Assembly (NCBI RefSeq): GCF_964355755.1 | Contig: NC_092672.1 | Location: 25,178,437-25,242,436 of the forward strand | DNA length: 64,000 nt | Source: Antedon mediterranea | Taxonomy: Eukaryota > Animalia > Echinodermata | Direction: 5' to 3' | Shown: piece after piece, positions 11,370-23,800 of the stretch | How the letters are laid out: every line of letters begins with the position of its first letter | Position numbering within the stretch: the first letter of the stretch is position 1 | Notes under the pieces: generated by a model | Database searches by the model: none | Told to the model about the DNA's origin: nothing | Seen by the model: the letters and a program-made list of their open reading frames with translations, nothing else | Made by a program: the position numbers and the translations under genes

Positions 11370-12110
11370 AAAGTGCATTTGGTAATCTAAACGGGTATGT
11401 ATGCTTTTAATATAAACGACGGCGTGTTGTTCTCTAACACGATGTTCTCGATAAAGGGATAATGAATTGATAATAAAATGTGTAATTTGTAAACTAAACA
11501 GTATACAGAATTAAAAGTGTATTCGAAGTTTTACTAAACGTAGAAGACGGCGTGTTTGTTCTCGATAAAGGGATAATGAATTAAACGCCGTGTAGTACTA
11601 ATTGTAGTCCTGATAACGAAAGAAATAAGTATTGCGCCCTCTATTGACAGATAATATGACTGTATTATGATATTAAACGTCGTGACAGAAAATATATACT
11701 GTATTTACTAACTTATAGTTGTTCTCTAACACGATGTATTCGATAATGAACCCTGATTAAAAAAACTAACAAAAGTGTATTCGAAGTTATACTAAACGGT
11801 ATATTAATAGAAGACAAAGTGTTTGTTATCGATTGAAGGGCCGGGATAATGAATTGATATTATTATAATTTAAACGGCTTGTATAGTATTTTGTAGTCCT
11901 GATAACGAATACAATAAGTAGTGCGCCCTCTATTGGCAGATAATATACCTTCGTTACACGCCGCGTGACAGACAATAACTATACTTTGTTTCTAAATGGG
12001 TATATTTTAGTTTTATTATAGAAGTTCTGTAACGCGATGTTGTCGATAAAGGGATAATGAATTGATAAAGGGCGGATAAAGGGATAATGAATTGATAATA
12101 TTGAGTGAGA
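11370..12110. repeat. Degenerate local direct repeats
   Basis: Recurrent GATAAAGGGATAATGAATT, GTAGTCCTGATAACGAA and GTTCTCTAACACGATG blocks. Confidence 0.6.
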
Positions 12111-12698
12111 AGTACCGTATAAGGAATGATCTAGAAGGTTATGAACATATTTTGTATAAGGGGATGTATGTTCTCTCTTGTGTGTAAACTGAATGCTTAA
12201 ACATTGACGCACACTGTCATTGAGGTCGAAGTAATCGTTTGTATTATAGCATGCCAGACAATGATGCACGTTGTTATATCGTTGGATTGAATGAATATGT
12301 TTTTTTTTTCTTTAAATAAATAATATGTCCAGTTTAAATATATATACTTTTTATTTCTCTCATTTTGTATGACCCGGTGTTTTAAACACGCATTGTGATT
12401 GATTTTTCTAAAACATTATCGAACGAACGTTATGCGTAACACCACATGTTGAATACTTTAACAATAAACGTGTACTGCCCTTGGTGAAGAAAGTCTTGAA
12501 GATGAGTTTTGCATAAATGTTTAATGTCCCAATGCATTATGTACATCGAACGAATACCCATTGAAAAGTTAAACAATCAAATGCTTTGACTTCTTACCGA
12601 AGTAAAAAAAGATTTTAATTGATTTACTCATCATACAACATGCGACGAATGCACGACATGTTATGCCTCTTCATTTGATTGCGTGCCCGGATCAGCCT

Positions 12699-13022
12699 AA
12701 TCATGATCTAGAGTAGAAGTGAATTATGTTAACAGATTGTGTGCTCAAAATAATCCATTAATCAACATAATTATGCAATTTTTTAATTGTTGTATTTTAT
12801 ATATGAAGATGATAATAAAATTGAAAGAAATTAAAGCGTAATCTTTATTCGTATTCATTGTTTAAGTGTGTACATAATAACTAATGGTATCTTGAACTTT
12901 AAAGGCTGTTTTCTAATTGTTGATAATCTATTGAATTCGGAAGTAATCTATTGAATTTGGAAGTGCTTTGTTGAAATCGGGTCATATCTTAATTGTCTTG
13001 AAAGAAATTATAAAGCAAGTTA
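12699..13022. repeat. Inverted repeat, left copy (partner at 29571-29963)
   Basis: Reverse-complement match, e.g. AATCATGATCTAGAGTAGAAGTG versus CACTTCTACTCTAGATCATGATT, and TCTATTGAATTCGGAAGT versus ACTTCCGAATTCAATAGA. Confidence 0.85.
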
Positions 13023-13529
13023 AATATTTTTTTGGAAAGTTTTAAAGAATACAGAATACATACAGAATACAGAAATTTATTGGTCCAAAAGGAAATTCGT
13101 TTCGTTGTTAACAAGCTCTCAAACAATTAATTGAAAATATATAAAAAGTCATGAATACAAAAATACAAGATCTTATAAAAATACGAATAAACATCAAAAA
13201 GACAAGAATATAAAAGATATATATCGTAACATATAAGATGTATAAAAATATATATATATATATATTAACAGTATTATATACAGATATTATATAGATTAAT
13301 GTAGATTAATATTATTATAATAATACATTTTTTTTTTTTTTAAATTTCAACTCCTTTTGTAGGTGACACGACCCATATGTACTTGAGTTTACAAACGTCG
13401 TAATTATTCAATTGATTGCTGCAATTCATTAAACATCTGAATGTAGCTTTAATTTGTAAGTGGTGTCATCATGCCAATGTCAATAATGCAATTTTAAACA
13501 TTTGGACGCACATAATATTATATACTCGT

Positions 13530-14489
13530 TTATGCCATCGACGAAGGCGACCACTTCTTCTTTCCTCCTAGATACATCAAAAACACTGTATCGTTCACGT
13601 TGTTTCTATCGAGATGTTTATAGTTGCGCATCACCGCTTCCAGTTCCTCGACTCGTTCGCTACGAATTGTAAGCAGAATGCCGATAACGTGAGAAATAAT
13701 CCAAGCTACGATGGTCGTCCACCACCAGCCGGTGAACGGTAACAGAAAGATGAACGCGTGCAAAGGAGCCACGTGAAAGAGAATTCCGGCAACGCCAACG
13801 CAAATTCGATGTTCGATCGAAATGTTTGGTGTCACAGCGGCGGGTACTACTATCGAACAGAAAACCACGATAATTCTCACGGCCAGCTTAACTCTATGCA
13901 ATCTTGATCGTGCGACGACGTACGAAGATGACGTCCATTCAAGGTAGATAGAGGCGAGCTGACACGTTAAAACTCTTCGCCAGTAAACTTCACGCTCGAC
14001 TACGTTGCGAACAAAAACTTGTCCAGACAATCTGCCCGTGTATCCTAATTGTCGAACGTAAAACGCGTAGAAATTATTTCCTCGTGTACCATCATCACCA
14101 CCACTACTACCCATAATACGGTCGTAATGATGTTTTAGGTCACAGGCTATAACATCAGCCATTCGTCTGGCTCCAAACAACCATTCCAAGACGATTAACG
14201 GCAAGAACGAGAGAGAAAACAACAGCGTTCCAACGACGCGCAACGTCACCATCAGACCGTCTGAACCGCTTCGTTGTTGAATGGTGCATTCTTGCTGACC
14301 GACCGAGTAGCGTTTGTGACAGCCGTACAACTGGTACCGTTCGACCGCGAACGTTTCGTACAACAACAGAACGAATGCAGCAGACGCGATCAACGATACG
14401 CTGCCTCGTCGAGCATACTTTGACCGTATCACCCATACAGTGGACGCAGAAGTGATGCGTTGAATTGTACGTAGTCGGATAAGATTCAT
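13530..14489 (-). CDS. Multi-pass membrane protein (319 aa)
   Basis: ATG ORF with about five hydrophobic segments; ATGA overlap with the upstream ORF. Confidence 0.7.
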   Translation of the reverse strand: MNLIRLRTIQRITSASTVWVIRSKYARRGSVSLIASAAFVLLLYETFAVERYQLYGCHKRYSVGQQECTIQQRSGSDGLMVTLRVVGTLLFSLSFLPLIVLEWLFGARRMADVIACDLKHHYDRIMGSSGGDDGTRGNNFYAFYVRQLGYTGRLSGQVFVRNVVEREVYWRRVLTCQLASIYLEWTSSSYVVARSRLHRVKLAVRIIVVFCSIVVPAAVTPNISIEHRICVGVAGILFHVAPLHAFIFLLPFTGWWWTTIVAWIISHVIGILLTIRSERVEELEAVMRNYKHLDRNNVNDTVFLMYLGGKKKWSPSSMA

Positions 14490-14977
14490 ATTGATCTAAA
14501 CATCAAGTCTCCGTCTCTGTTATTTAATACTTTTTCCTCCACCGTGCCGTTGCTCGTAGCGTACGCAAACCTGTTGTTAACCGTTCTGAAGAGAGGAGAT
14601 ATGGGATACCTCGACAAAAGTGGTGGCTTTTTCGTTAACACTAGTGAACCGTATACAAACCTTCCATCATCGTCGTAACACCGTACGTACACGTACTCTC
14701 CGACCACGCCACACAAACTACACTCGCCTTGGACGCTGCTGCACACAACCGATGCCAATATAGAAAAAGTGTCGGTGACGTGCATGCTGCACGAAAGATT
14801 CGCGTTCGTGAGAGTGGCACTTAAACAGTCTCCGCTCAACTGTAATGTGTCGGTGGTTCGAGATTTTCCAAAATGACGTGTTTTCGGTAGCAGATCGGGC
14901 GTGTAAGCACAGAGTATGACGAGGAAAGTGACGGACGAGATTGCTACAAACGATGAAGAGAAAACTAAGGAAACCAT
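14486..14977 (-). CDS. N-terminally anchored Cys-containing protein (163 aa)
   Basis: ATG ORF with a hydrophobic N-terminus (VAISSVTFLVILCAY) and a Cys-containing remainder. Confidence 0.6.
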   Translation of the reverse strand: MVSLVFSSSFVAISSVTFLVILCAYTPDLLPKTRHFGKSRTTDTLQLSGDCLSATLTNANLSCSMHVTDTFSILASVVCSSVQGECSLCGVVGEYVYVRCYDDDGRFVYGSLVLTKKPPLLSRYPISPLFRTVNNRFAYATSNGTVEEKVLNNRDGDLMFRSI

Positions 14978-15081
14978 AACGTGTGTGTGTGTGTGTGTGT
15001 GCGCGCGTCGTCGTCGTCGTCGTCGTCAGAAGTCCTTAAATACGGCCGATTTTGTTTTTATTCGCAACATCAGTGTTCATC

Positions 15082-16773
15082 ATGTCAGGGCAATTGCAAT
15101 TACGATTCTCGTTGTCTGCCGAAGAAGTAGCTCTAGAAGAGTATCTAAACGATAAACTTTCTTTCGAAAAACTTTCTGCCGACTATCTGAGATGGGTTAT
15201 GAACAAGGGAAAGAATTGGAAGTCGCCGTTGGATCCTCGAACATTGAATTGTACCGATGAGATGGTCATGGATTCCACTCTGTTTCCCGGATTCGAAAAG
15301 ATCGAATGGAACGAGAGTAAGATACGTGACTTTGATACGTTTTTCGAAAACTTGAAAAAAACGCCACTCTTTGTGAAAATTCTCTACTCGATGCTAGAGT
15401 GTGCCGCCAAGAAACACGAGTCTTTGGACGACAGTGGCAAAAGAGTGCTCGAATCGGTCGAGAAATGGGACTGCGGGCAAAAATTTGACGTTCTCTCAAT
15501 CAAGTCGATACGTCTCGAAGCCGTCGAAAAGGAGCAATTGCGCTCGAAATTTAACATCATGTTTGTTGATCGTGACGGCAACGAGAGCAAAACGATGAGC
15601 ACCGGATCGCTCGCCATTACCGAATCTGGTCTGAGTGAACTGGGCAATTATCTCACGGCCGAACTGCTACAGAAGAAGATACAAGTCAACAAAGACAAAC
15701 AGTTGAGAGAGGAGCAACTCGGCACCACCGACCTAAACAACGCAGCGTACGTGCTAACCGTGAACGGACATCAAAATCCGTTGAACGGATGTGTGCGATT
15801 CTGTAAACTGAACATTATACTCATGATGGTACAGTTGAAATATTGTTTCGAGGCGCACGTGAACTGCAAGTCACACGCCTCCTACAAAGATTGTCACAGC
15901 GTCGACAAAGTGGACGCGAAACGATGCATCACCAGCATCATGAAGAAATTCAGGGGTCAACATGGATCGAAAGATGTGGCTAACAATGCAGGCGTGTATC
16001 AAAAAGTCAAGATGCCCTTTGATGGATCTCCAAAGAATCCATACGTGAAGATGAAGACGAACGTAAGCTATAGACAAGCACGCGATTGCACGCGACAAGA
16101 GCTCGAAGACAACAATCCATCGTTAAAGTTCGTTTCCGACATGTCCAAGAAACTGTTTCTCGACAACGCCACAAACCGAAGATACAAGAACCTAAACGTG
16201 GCCAGATTCGTACCCGGTAAACAACTTCAGCCGATGAGTTCCGAACAGCGCTTGGCCATCGGTACTGGTGATCTGGCGCGTGCCGATCTGAGTATCGTAT
16301 GCTATTCGGACAAAAATGCATCGCCTGCTAATCGATTTCTTACTCTCATCAACCTCGAGAAAGGAGTTGACATTACGCCAAGATATCTGTTTGGAAGCAA
16401 GATATCGCAAAACGACACGGCGTACCAAGAGTTTTATGCGCGTCAGAACGAAGACTGTCCCGAAACTATATTGGCCGTCGTAAAGGGCATAATCGGACGA
16501 GAAGCCGTTTCTGAAGAGCAGGCGTGTGAAATGTCCGGCTACACACTGGAAGAGTATCATAGTGCGATCGAAGTAACTGAAACTCGTCGTCGTGATGCCA
16601 TCAAGTTAGAAAAGGATGAGGATGAGGAGGAGGAGGAGGAGGAGGAAGAGGAGGAGAAAAAAAAAGATAAGGAAGCGGAAGATGCTGCTGCTTCTGCTGT
16701 TGTTCCTAATGAACCAAAAAAGAGAAAGAAAAGCATTCACAACGTAGACAGTAAACGTCAGAAGAAATGTTAA
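15082..16773 (+). CDS. Nuclear viral protein, possibly ssDNA-binding
   Basis: ~563 aa from the ATG at 15082, with an acidic tail and NLS-like PKKRKK...KRQKK. IGTGDLARADLSIVCY loosely resembles the T7 gp2.5-type OB-fold strand (weak). Confidence 0.65.
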   Translation: MSGQLQLRFSLSAEEVALEEYLNDKLSFEKLSADYLRWVMNKGKNWKSPLDPRTLNCTDEMVMDSTLFPGFEKIEWNESKIRDFDTFFENLKKTPLFVKILYSMLECAAKKHESLDDSGKRVLESVEKWDCGQKFDVLSIKSIRLEAVEKEQLRSKFNIMFVDRDGNESKTMSTGSLAITESGLSELGNYLTAELLQKKIQVNKDKQLREEQLGTTDLNNAAYVLTVNGHQNPLNGCVRFCKLNIILMMVQLKYCFEAHVNCKSHASYKDCHSVDKVDAKRCITSIMKKFRGQHGSKDVANNAGVYQKVKMPFDGSPKNPYVKMKTNVSYRQARDCTRQELEDNNPSLKFVSDMSKKLFLDNATNRRYKNLNVARFVPGKQLQPMSSEQRLAIGTGDLARADLSIVCYSDKNASPANRFLTLINLEKGVDITPRYLFGSKISQNDTAYQEFYARQNEDCPETILAVVKGIIGREAVSEEQACEMSGYTLEEYHSAIEVTETRRRDAIKLEKDEDEEEEEEEEEEEKKKDKEAEDAAASAVVPNEPKKRKKSIHNVDSKRQKKC

Positions 16774-16984
16774 GCTTACCACCAACAAAAAAAAAAAAAC
16801 CATTTAGAATAAGAAAATGTTTACAAATAAGGTTCTTGGAAATGAAATAAAGTTACACTACAATCATTTCTTTCGTCGTCGTTGTTTATGTGACTGAAAT
16901 TAAGACACACACAAAAAAAACTGTTTCTTCTTTTCTCTCTTTTATTTCTATAATACTAATGATTAAAATACATATTTTTTTTTT

Positions 16985-17654
16985 TTACACGATGGCAGTT
17001 TCTGCCAACACATCATCGTAAGAAGGCGGAGCCGTCGATGTAAGTTCGATAGACTGTGGTTCACTTAAATCATTAGAAATATTTTTACATAGACGGACGG
17101 CTGACAGTACAGACGATGTATTGTACACGACTATCAAAATGAGCAGTGTACAGAAAATTACGTAACCTTCTGTGGAAAGTTCAGTGAACGTGTTTCGGTG
17201 CCTATGTAAAACCAGAGAAAAAAAGCAGAGTATTGGAAACATCAAATTAAAGAGTAAAGTAAGTACTGTATGTATGCAGACGGTCACTTGATATTGTGTC
17301 TTTCTCGGCCTCTCACGTTTCCAATACACTTCCATCAAGTGTAGCAGTCGAAGCGTAGCCTTGTTACCTTGAGATGTTAAAAATAGTATACTCATCGAAT
17401 AATCCTTTTTCATACCGACTGATATGAATAATGAAAAAATGGCCGTAAAATAAAAGTGTAATTGACCTATTCTTCGTCTAGAGCCGAACATAAAAGTCTC
17501 CACAAACATAAAGGAAAACATTCCTGTTGCAATAGCAAATGTAACGTATACTTCTTGTTCACTACTCGTCAATTGATCGTACATCACACCCGATTTCATG
17601 CTCAATGCAACAGCGGTCAATGGCAACGTTAAGCTTACGCACATCTGAATGCAC
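16985..17654 (-). CDS. Multi-pass membrane protein, last exon (upstream exons at 25786-25972 and 26777-~26984)
   Basis: TTTTAG acceptor at 17656-17655; about five hydrophobic segments; C-terminal PPSY (PPxY) motif. Confidence 0.7.
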
Positions 17655-17840
17655 CTAAAATAGACGAGAATTATACACGTTAGTCGATCACTATAATAAT
17701 AAAAAAAATGTGGCAGCAGTTTTTGTCCAAAGTTTTACTGTAAATTCAATTTTGTATATTATGCCCCTCTTATGTAATAAACTGTTATAAAGCATGCTTT
17801 TTATGGCGAAATGCTTTATTTTAAAGAACCAATAGTTGCA

Positions 17841-20800
17841 ACGGTGGTTTCGAATAATAGTAACTATGGACATAAAGTGTGTTTTCAACGCGCTTTTATT
17901 TTTTACGCTAACCAAAGCCTTTGTTGTTAAGGTTTTGCACGCTTGACTGAACGCGAGAGCCTAGCGAACATCGCAGAGAGATAGCGATAATTACTAAGCT
18001 AGTAAATTAAACGTTACAATCATAATATAAAATATTAACAACAAATAATAATATTTACAAGTAAATATATTAGTTTTACAACAAGCAATGAAGTAATACT
18101 TCAAATTATGCAATATTAATTCAGTTATTAGTAAAAATAGTACGACTGTTTTAACGACCGCCGTACTCGATAGAATTGTAAATAAATAGCGCCCTCAATA
18201 AAAAGCGCAAAGTACAGTAGTAGTCACTTCACCGAAAAACTGACTGTTCAACGATCATTTTCAATATTTATTCTTTCACCGTTTAAGTTTTCGTTTTGAC
18301 GTAAAAAACTGGTTAGAGGCTCTACACACCTGGTAAATAAGACTACTTTTTTTTAAACTCTAATGACAATTGATGTGGGTATTTTGGCATATTAAGATGC
18401 CTAGCCAGAGAGAGAGAGAAACACTGAACTATACCTGTACTGTTCATAAAACTTTATTTACATTATCATTTTACTGTATTTCATTGTATTATTTGTGTTG
18501 TGTAAATAAATTGCTGATTACAAAAATTACATAATTAATTAGGCCTAGGGCCTACAAATAATACTAATTATGGATTTCCATTCTGAATCTTTATTAAATA
18601 TTTGTAGAATTTGTGGAATAAAATTCAAAATTTCTGACTGAAAATATGAACTTAAAAGCATCAAAACACAAACTTTAAATTTTCTAAACATTAAAATTGT
18701 TGAAGAAGATAAAAATGTTCATCCATCATATGTTTGTCATACTTGTCAATCAGCTGCATACAAACAAACGACATTAATTACACCTTACATCTGGAGACAA
18801 CATGATGATTTACAGTGCACAGCTTGTTATCTTTATGAAAATCAACAGAAACAAGGTCACAGGATAAAATTCAATAAAAAAACTTTCATGCAAGATTTAA
18901 AATTCAATTCATTAACTGAGCAATTCACCCTTTATGACCAATCAGCACTGTCTTTGTTTCAATGTTCTATTTGTAAACATATTCTGTCGCTTGATAATGC
19001 AGAAACTCAGTGTTCCCACCATTTTTGTATGTACTGTCTCTGTCAATTGTTCTGTACTCTTCGACTACATACATTCCCCATGTTTTGCCTGTGCGTCACC
19101 GATAACATTTGAACGTGACATGAAAAAAACCATCATTACTGGTACAACAATCTTTGCAAACGGTTGAATTGCAATGTCGGTTGTGTGGGAAATGTCTGAA
19201 GTATAACTAGTGCAGTCAGCATAAATGCACAACAGAGGCTGAGCAACGGTATAATGCTGTAACCAATGCAATTAAGACCATAAACAAAGAAATTGTTGGC
19301 GAGAAGATACCCGAACCTGTCCAGCAATTTGCAAGGAAGTTGGTATCCAAATCACTAAAAAAAAAAAAAAAAATTGAGTTACCAACAAATAGAAGGGTGA
19401 GTTATTTTTTTTTAGAAAGCCAACATTTTTCACAAAACCACTGTACCAAAGTACAGAGATTTTATTGAATAATGGGCAAATCAAATGAACCTAAAAATTA
19501 TATATAATAGTATATATATTTTAGACATATTTTTAAAAACTGACTATCAATGCAGGGTGTTTTGTTACCGAATTTATTGGAATAAACTACCCTACCACAC
19601 AATATTGTATTAAAACACATTCCCTGAACATGAATAAATAAGGTATTAAACTTTGACAATAAATCTTGTAAATATAAAACATATAAGAATGTTTTACTTA
19701 CAGCCAATGACAATTACTACTATGACAAAAAGCTACAAAATCCAGCAGTTGTGTTGGCAAAAGAACCCTCAGTTGACGCACCCATGAATTATCAACCATA
19801 CGAAATTCAATATCGCATGATTCAGCTCAACTTCAATTTAATCATAAAATGCAATCTAACTTGCCACCAATTGGTATCATTGATGATGTTGACAGGTCAC
19901 TGGCCATCAAAGCTGACTGCGATCTTACTTGGCAACAAATTCTGAAACTAAGAAGGCAAGTATGAAAATTAAGAAAATAGTGGTGCATAAAATAATATAT
20001 CAACATTTTAATTAGCTGTATTTTAAAATGTCATTTTACAATTGTTATTCTAAATTCTATTCAAGATATGTGAAACCAGGTGTTATAGCATCAGAAGGCA
20101 AAATGCGAGATCACCAATTGGATATTGTAGATGGATACTTACATGGTTCCATGGATGAATTCATCTTAAAAAGCGATGCAGCAAATGCTGAGAATGCATT
20201 TGTAATATTTTCTGGCCCCTGTTTTGCCAGTGATTAATATTGAGAGGTTGATGTTTTCCTACTTGGACCACCATCATGAGTAAATAACATGCTTATTTTA
20301 CATTTTGTAACTCCAAATTTATGCAAACAATAAAATACAATATTGTATATTTCACTTACAGATTAAACAATCTAAAGTTCTACAACAAAGAAGTATGGAT
20401 CAAATTTTTGGAGGTGACAAAGGAGGTGGCAGTAGGAAATTTGAACTGCAAATTTGCAGTCTAGAGAAACCAAATGCCCTTCGCAACATTATTGTTATTC
20501 TAATGTTTGAGTCAGCAGATTATACCATCAACATCAGCAGGGTATTTCCGGATGTATGCGAAGAAACTGAATGGAGGTATGTCTTCAACATTAAAATCAT
20601 TTTAATTTTTAAAAAACAATCTTTTTTTGTGTGCTGTATTAATTTTAATTTTTTTTTTCCTTTAAGGGGCCACAAAATTCGTCTCTTTTTCTTTGGAGAC
20701 TAGGAGTTTTTGTCAGGGATGTATGGCCTCAATGGACCAAATGGTAAGACACAGTATCTTATTTAATATGCATTTAATGTGAATTATAATTTATTGTATA

Positions 20801-23800
20801 CAAACCTTAATTGTTATTTCAAATCTTTCATTAGGAAGGTACTGCAGTCTCTTTTGCCATCATACCAAACATCAGATATGCAGAGGTGATGTTCCAAAAG
20901 ACCACAGGTCTATTATAAAGACATTGAATGAAGACTATCAATTATTTGAAGATCATGGAATGGTAAACTCCAAGGAGGTATACAGGAGTGTAATCAGAAA
21001 AACAATGGTGCCTATTGACATCAACCATGTAGGAAATATCGCACTTATCAATTGTGTGACTTACCATATGACCCCCGGTAGAAGTGCATCATTTGTCCAA
21101 TGTGCATCCTTTAGGTGACCATGACACACATTATGGAGAATGATAAAATGAAACACCATTGTTCATTGATGTCTACTATCATCCTTTCTACTACAACACC
21201 ATGATGATGCTGCTCACCAATTTGTATCATAATACAGTCCGACACTTGTACAAGTACTGAAATAATAAAGTAATAGTATTAATATAAAATCTTGAGGTTA
21301 CATTTGAAAATGTGTTATTATTGCAGGTATCTGTACCAAGCCTCCATATTTCTTTAGGAGTGTTTAAGAAATTATATGACCTGTTAGAAAATGAAATGCA
21401 CACATTGGATTCAGAGATCTTCAGGTTAAGGCAAAAAAAATTCCGATGGAGGTGTCAATAATTTCGACAAAATTACTGTAGAGCAGGCTGCAACAAATTC
21501 AGCATTGATGAAGCACATCTCAGATATGCAAGCACAAATTTCCCACCTAGAAGATGAAATTCCGCTTGTATTTTTAAACTGCAAATCAGAAGCATCGGCA
21601 TCTGATTCTGTAAAGACACAAATTATGAGTATTGCTGAAAAGCAACAAGAAATCAAAGACATGGCATGTTAAGTACGAATAGTATTACACATACATATAC
21701 TGTATTCTGAATGCATAATTAATTATTCAAAAGTAGTTTACACAGATTATGTATTTTTTTTAGGAAACAAAATTGAACAAAGGTTTGAAATAGGGCACTG
21801 GGCCAATTGTTTGTGCAATGGAGGAAGTTCTCCAAACAAAACAAGGTTCCTAGTCAAGCCTATCATGGGAAGGCCTTTGTAGGCAATCATGTACACAAGT
21901 GTTGCCAGGTGATTATAAAAATAAACAATACACCATCTACTTAAGATAGTATACAGTTTAAATTTAATGACAATACTATTATTAAAAAACTAAGTGTTGT
22001 ATGTTGCAATGTTTGAATATTTACCCAATTGACAATATTGTTCACAGGTTGATATTATTCACCAGCTAACATCTGCATCAAACCAGGTTCTAGAGGAACA
22101 AAGCTCAGATATCCCAATTGGATTTCTTGAAAAATTGCAATCACAATTGATTTATACACCTATCTTCCACCAATTTTCAGACATACACAAGGCAATCAAC
22201 CATACCAATGCAATGACTGAGAATGAAATTGATATTGTTGGTAAGAAAAAAAAAAAAAAAAATCTGAATTGAGTTTCTATCACTCAGCTGCTTATTAAAG
22301 AATTAATTAAATTTATATATTAATTTACTTACAGCTTCAAATATATCAGACTTCATGTCCAACTGCAGAAAATTGGAGATCAACATATCTCCAAAATTGC
22401 ACATGCTCGAATTTCATGTTGTGGAATTTTTAAAGTGATGGCATGTTGGAATCAGCTTGTTAAATGAGCAGGTGGGTGAACTTATTCACTGGTCATTTAA
22501 CCAAAAAAAAAAAAGAAGTCTGTATGGTGTAAAGTCAGTTCTGGCAAAAACAATGTCAGTGATGAAGAATCACTTAATCTTCACACAACCTGAAGTACAA
22601 GCAAAAATAAAACATGCTGTGAAAAGGAAGCACAGTATGCATTTTAAATACCATCAGTAAACCTTTGATGATTTTGTAGAAATAATAGTATTATCAACAT
22701 ATTTGTTTTTGTTTGCAGATGCAGAACAGTAGATGGTTGAAGTGCTGCTATGTCAACAAACTGTTGCAATATTGGAAATATCTGTATAAACAAAATTTAG
22801 TTAGGTGTGCTTGCATACATTTATGCAGAGCAGTAGATGATTGAAGTGCTGCTATGTCAACTAACTGTAGACAACATCCTACATTTCTTTTTTCTTCACT
22901 TAATTAGTGTTTAATATAAATATTCAAACAAATGTTAGTTTATATACATACCATTTAAACAGTATATGAATATTGATTGCAGCTGATCCATGTGTTCTGA
23001 AAAAAAATATTATATGTTATTTGTTAAAATGTCAAGACATGTTTGGTTCAGTAAATATTAATTTAACTGCAGCATTGTCAACTGAAGTATTAATTTAAAT
23101 AGAGGGACTATGCGTACAAAACAAAGGTAACTAAAGTAAAAAGTACATATTTTTTCCTCACTTACTTAAAAAAAAAACTGTTTAATACTATAAGAATTAA
23201 TACAAATGGTTATAGGTTAAATAATATACATACCATTTAAACAGTATCTGTTATATTACTGAATTCATTCCTGTTATTGTGGATGTATAGTAGGAGAACT
23301 GTCATTTGATATTCTTATACATTCTGTGCCAAAACCATGGCATCCTTTGTAATACACCTGAATAGTTCTATGCAAATTACCCTTTTCGTTTAACTTCAAT
23401 GCCCATCACTTTTGACTGTGACAATATTGATTGGAGCACATCCATGTGTTCTGAAAAAAAAATATTATATGTTATTTGTTTAAATGCCAAGACATGTTTG
23501 GATCAGTAAATATTAATTTAACTGCAGTGTTGTCAACTCAAGTATTTATTTAAATAGAGGGACTAGGCCTATGCCTACAAACATTTTGACAAAGCTGACT
23601 AAAGTAAAAAGTACATATTTTTTCCTCATTACCCTTTAAAAAAAACTGTTTAATACTATAAATATTAAAACAAACGGTTTTAGGTTAAATAATATACATA
23701 CCATTTAAACAGTATCTTTTATATTACTGAATTCATTAATTAATGGGTGGATATACTAGCCTAGTAGGCCTACTAACTACTACTACTACTACTACTAGGC

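Noticed and set aside
18570-22660. Bona fide RAG1/ProtoRAG (RAG1L-RAG2L) locus
   Set aside because: The core motifs (GGDKGG, LHISLG) fit Chapaev-type transposases, the termini are not RSS-heptamer-like (CACAGTG/CACTATG), and no RAG2-like gene is recognisable. The Kelch gene at 31.9-34 kb lies outside the TIRs.
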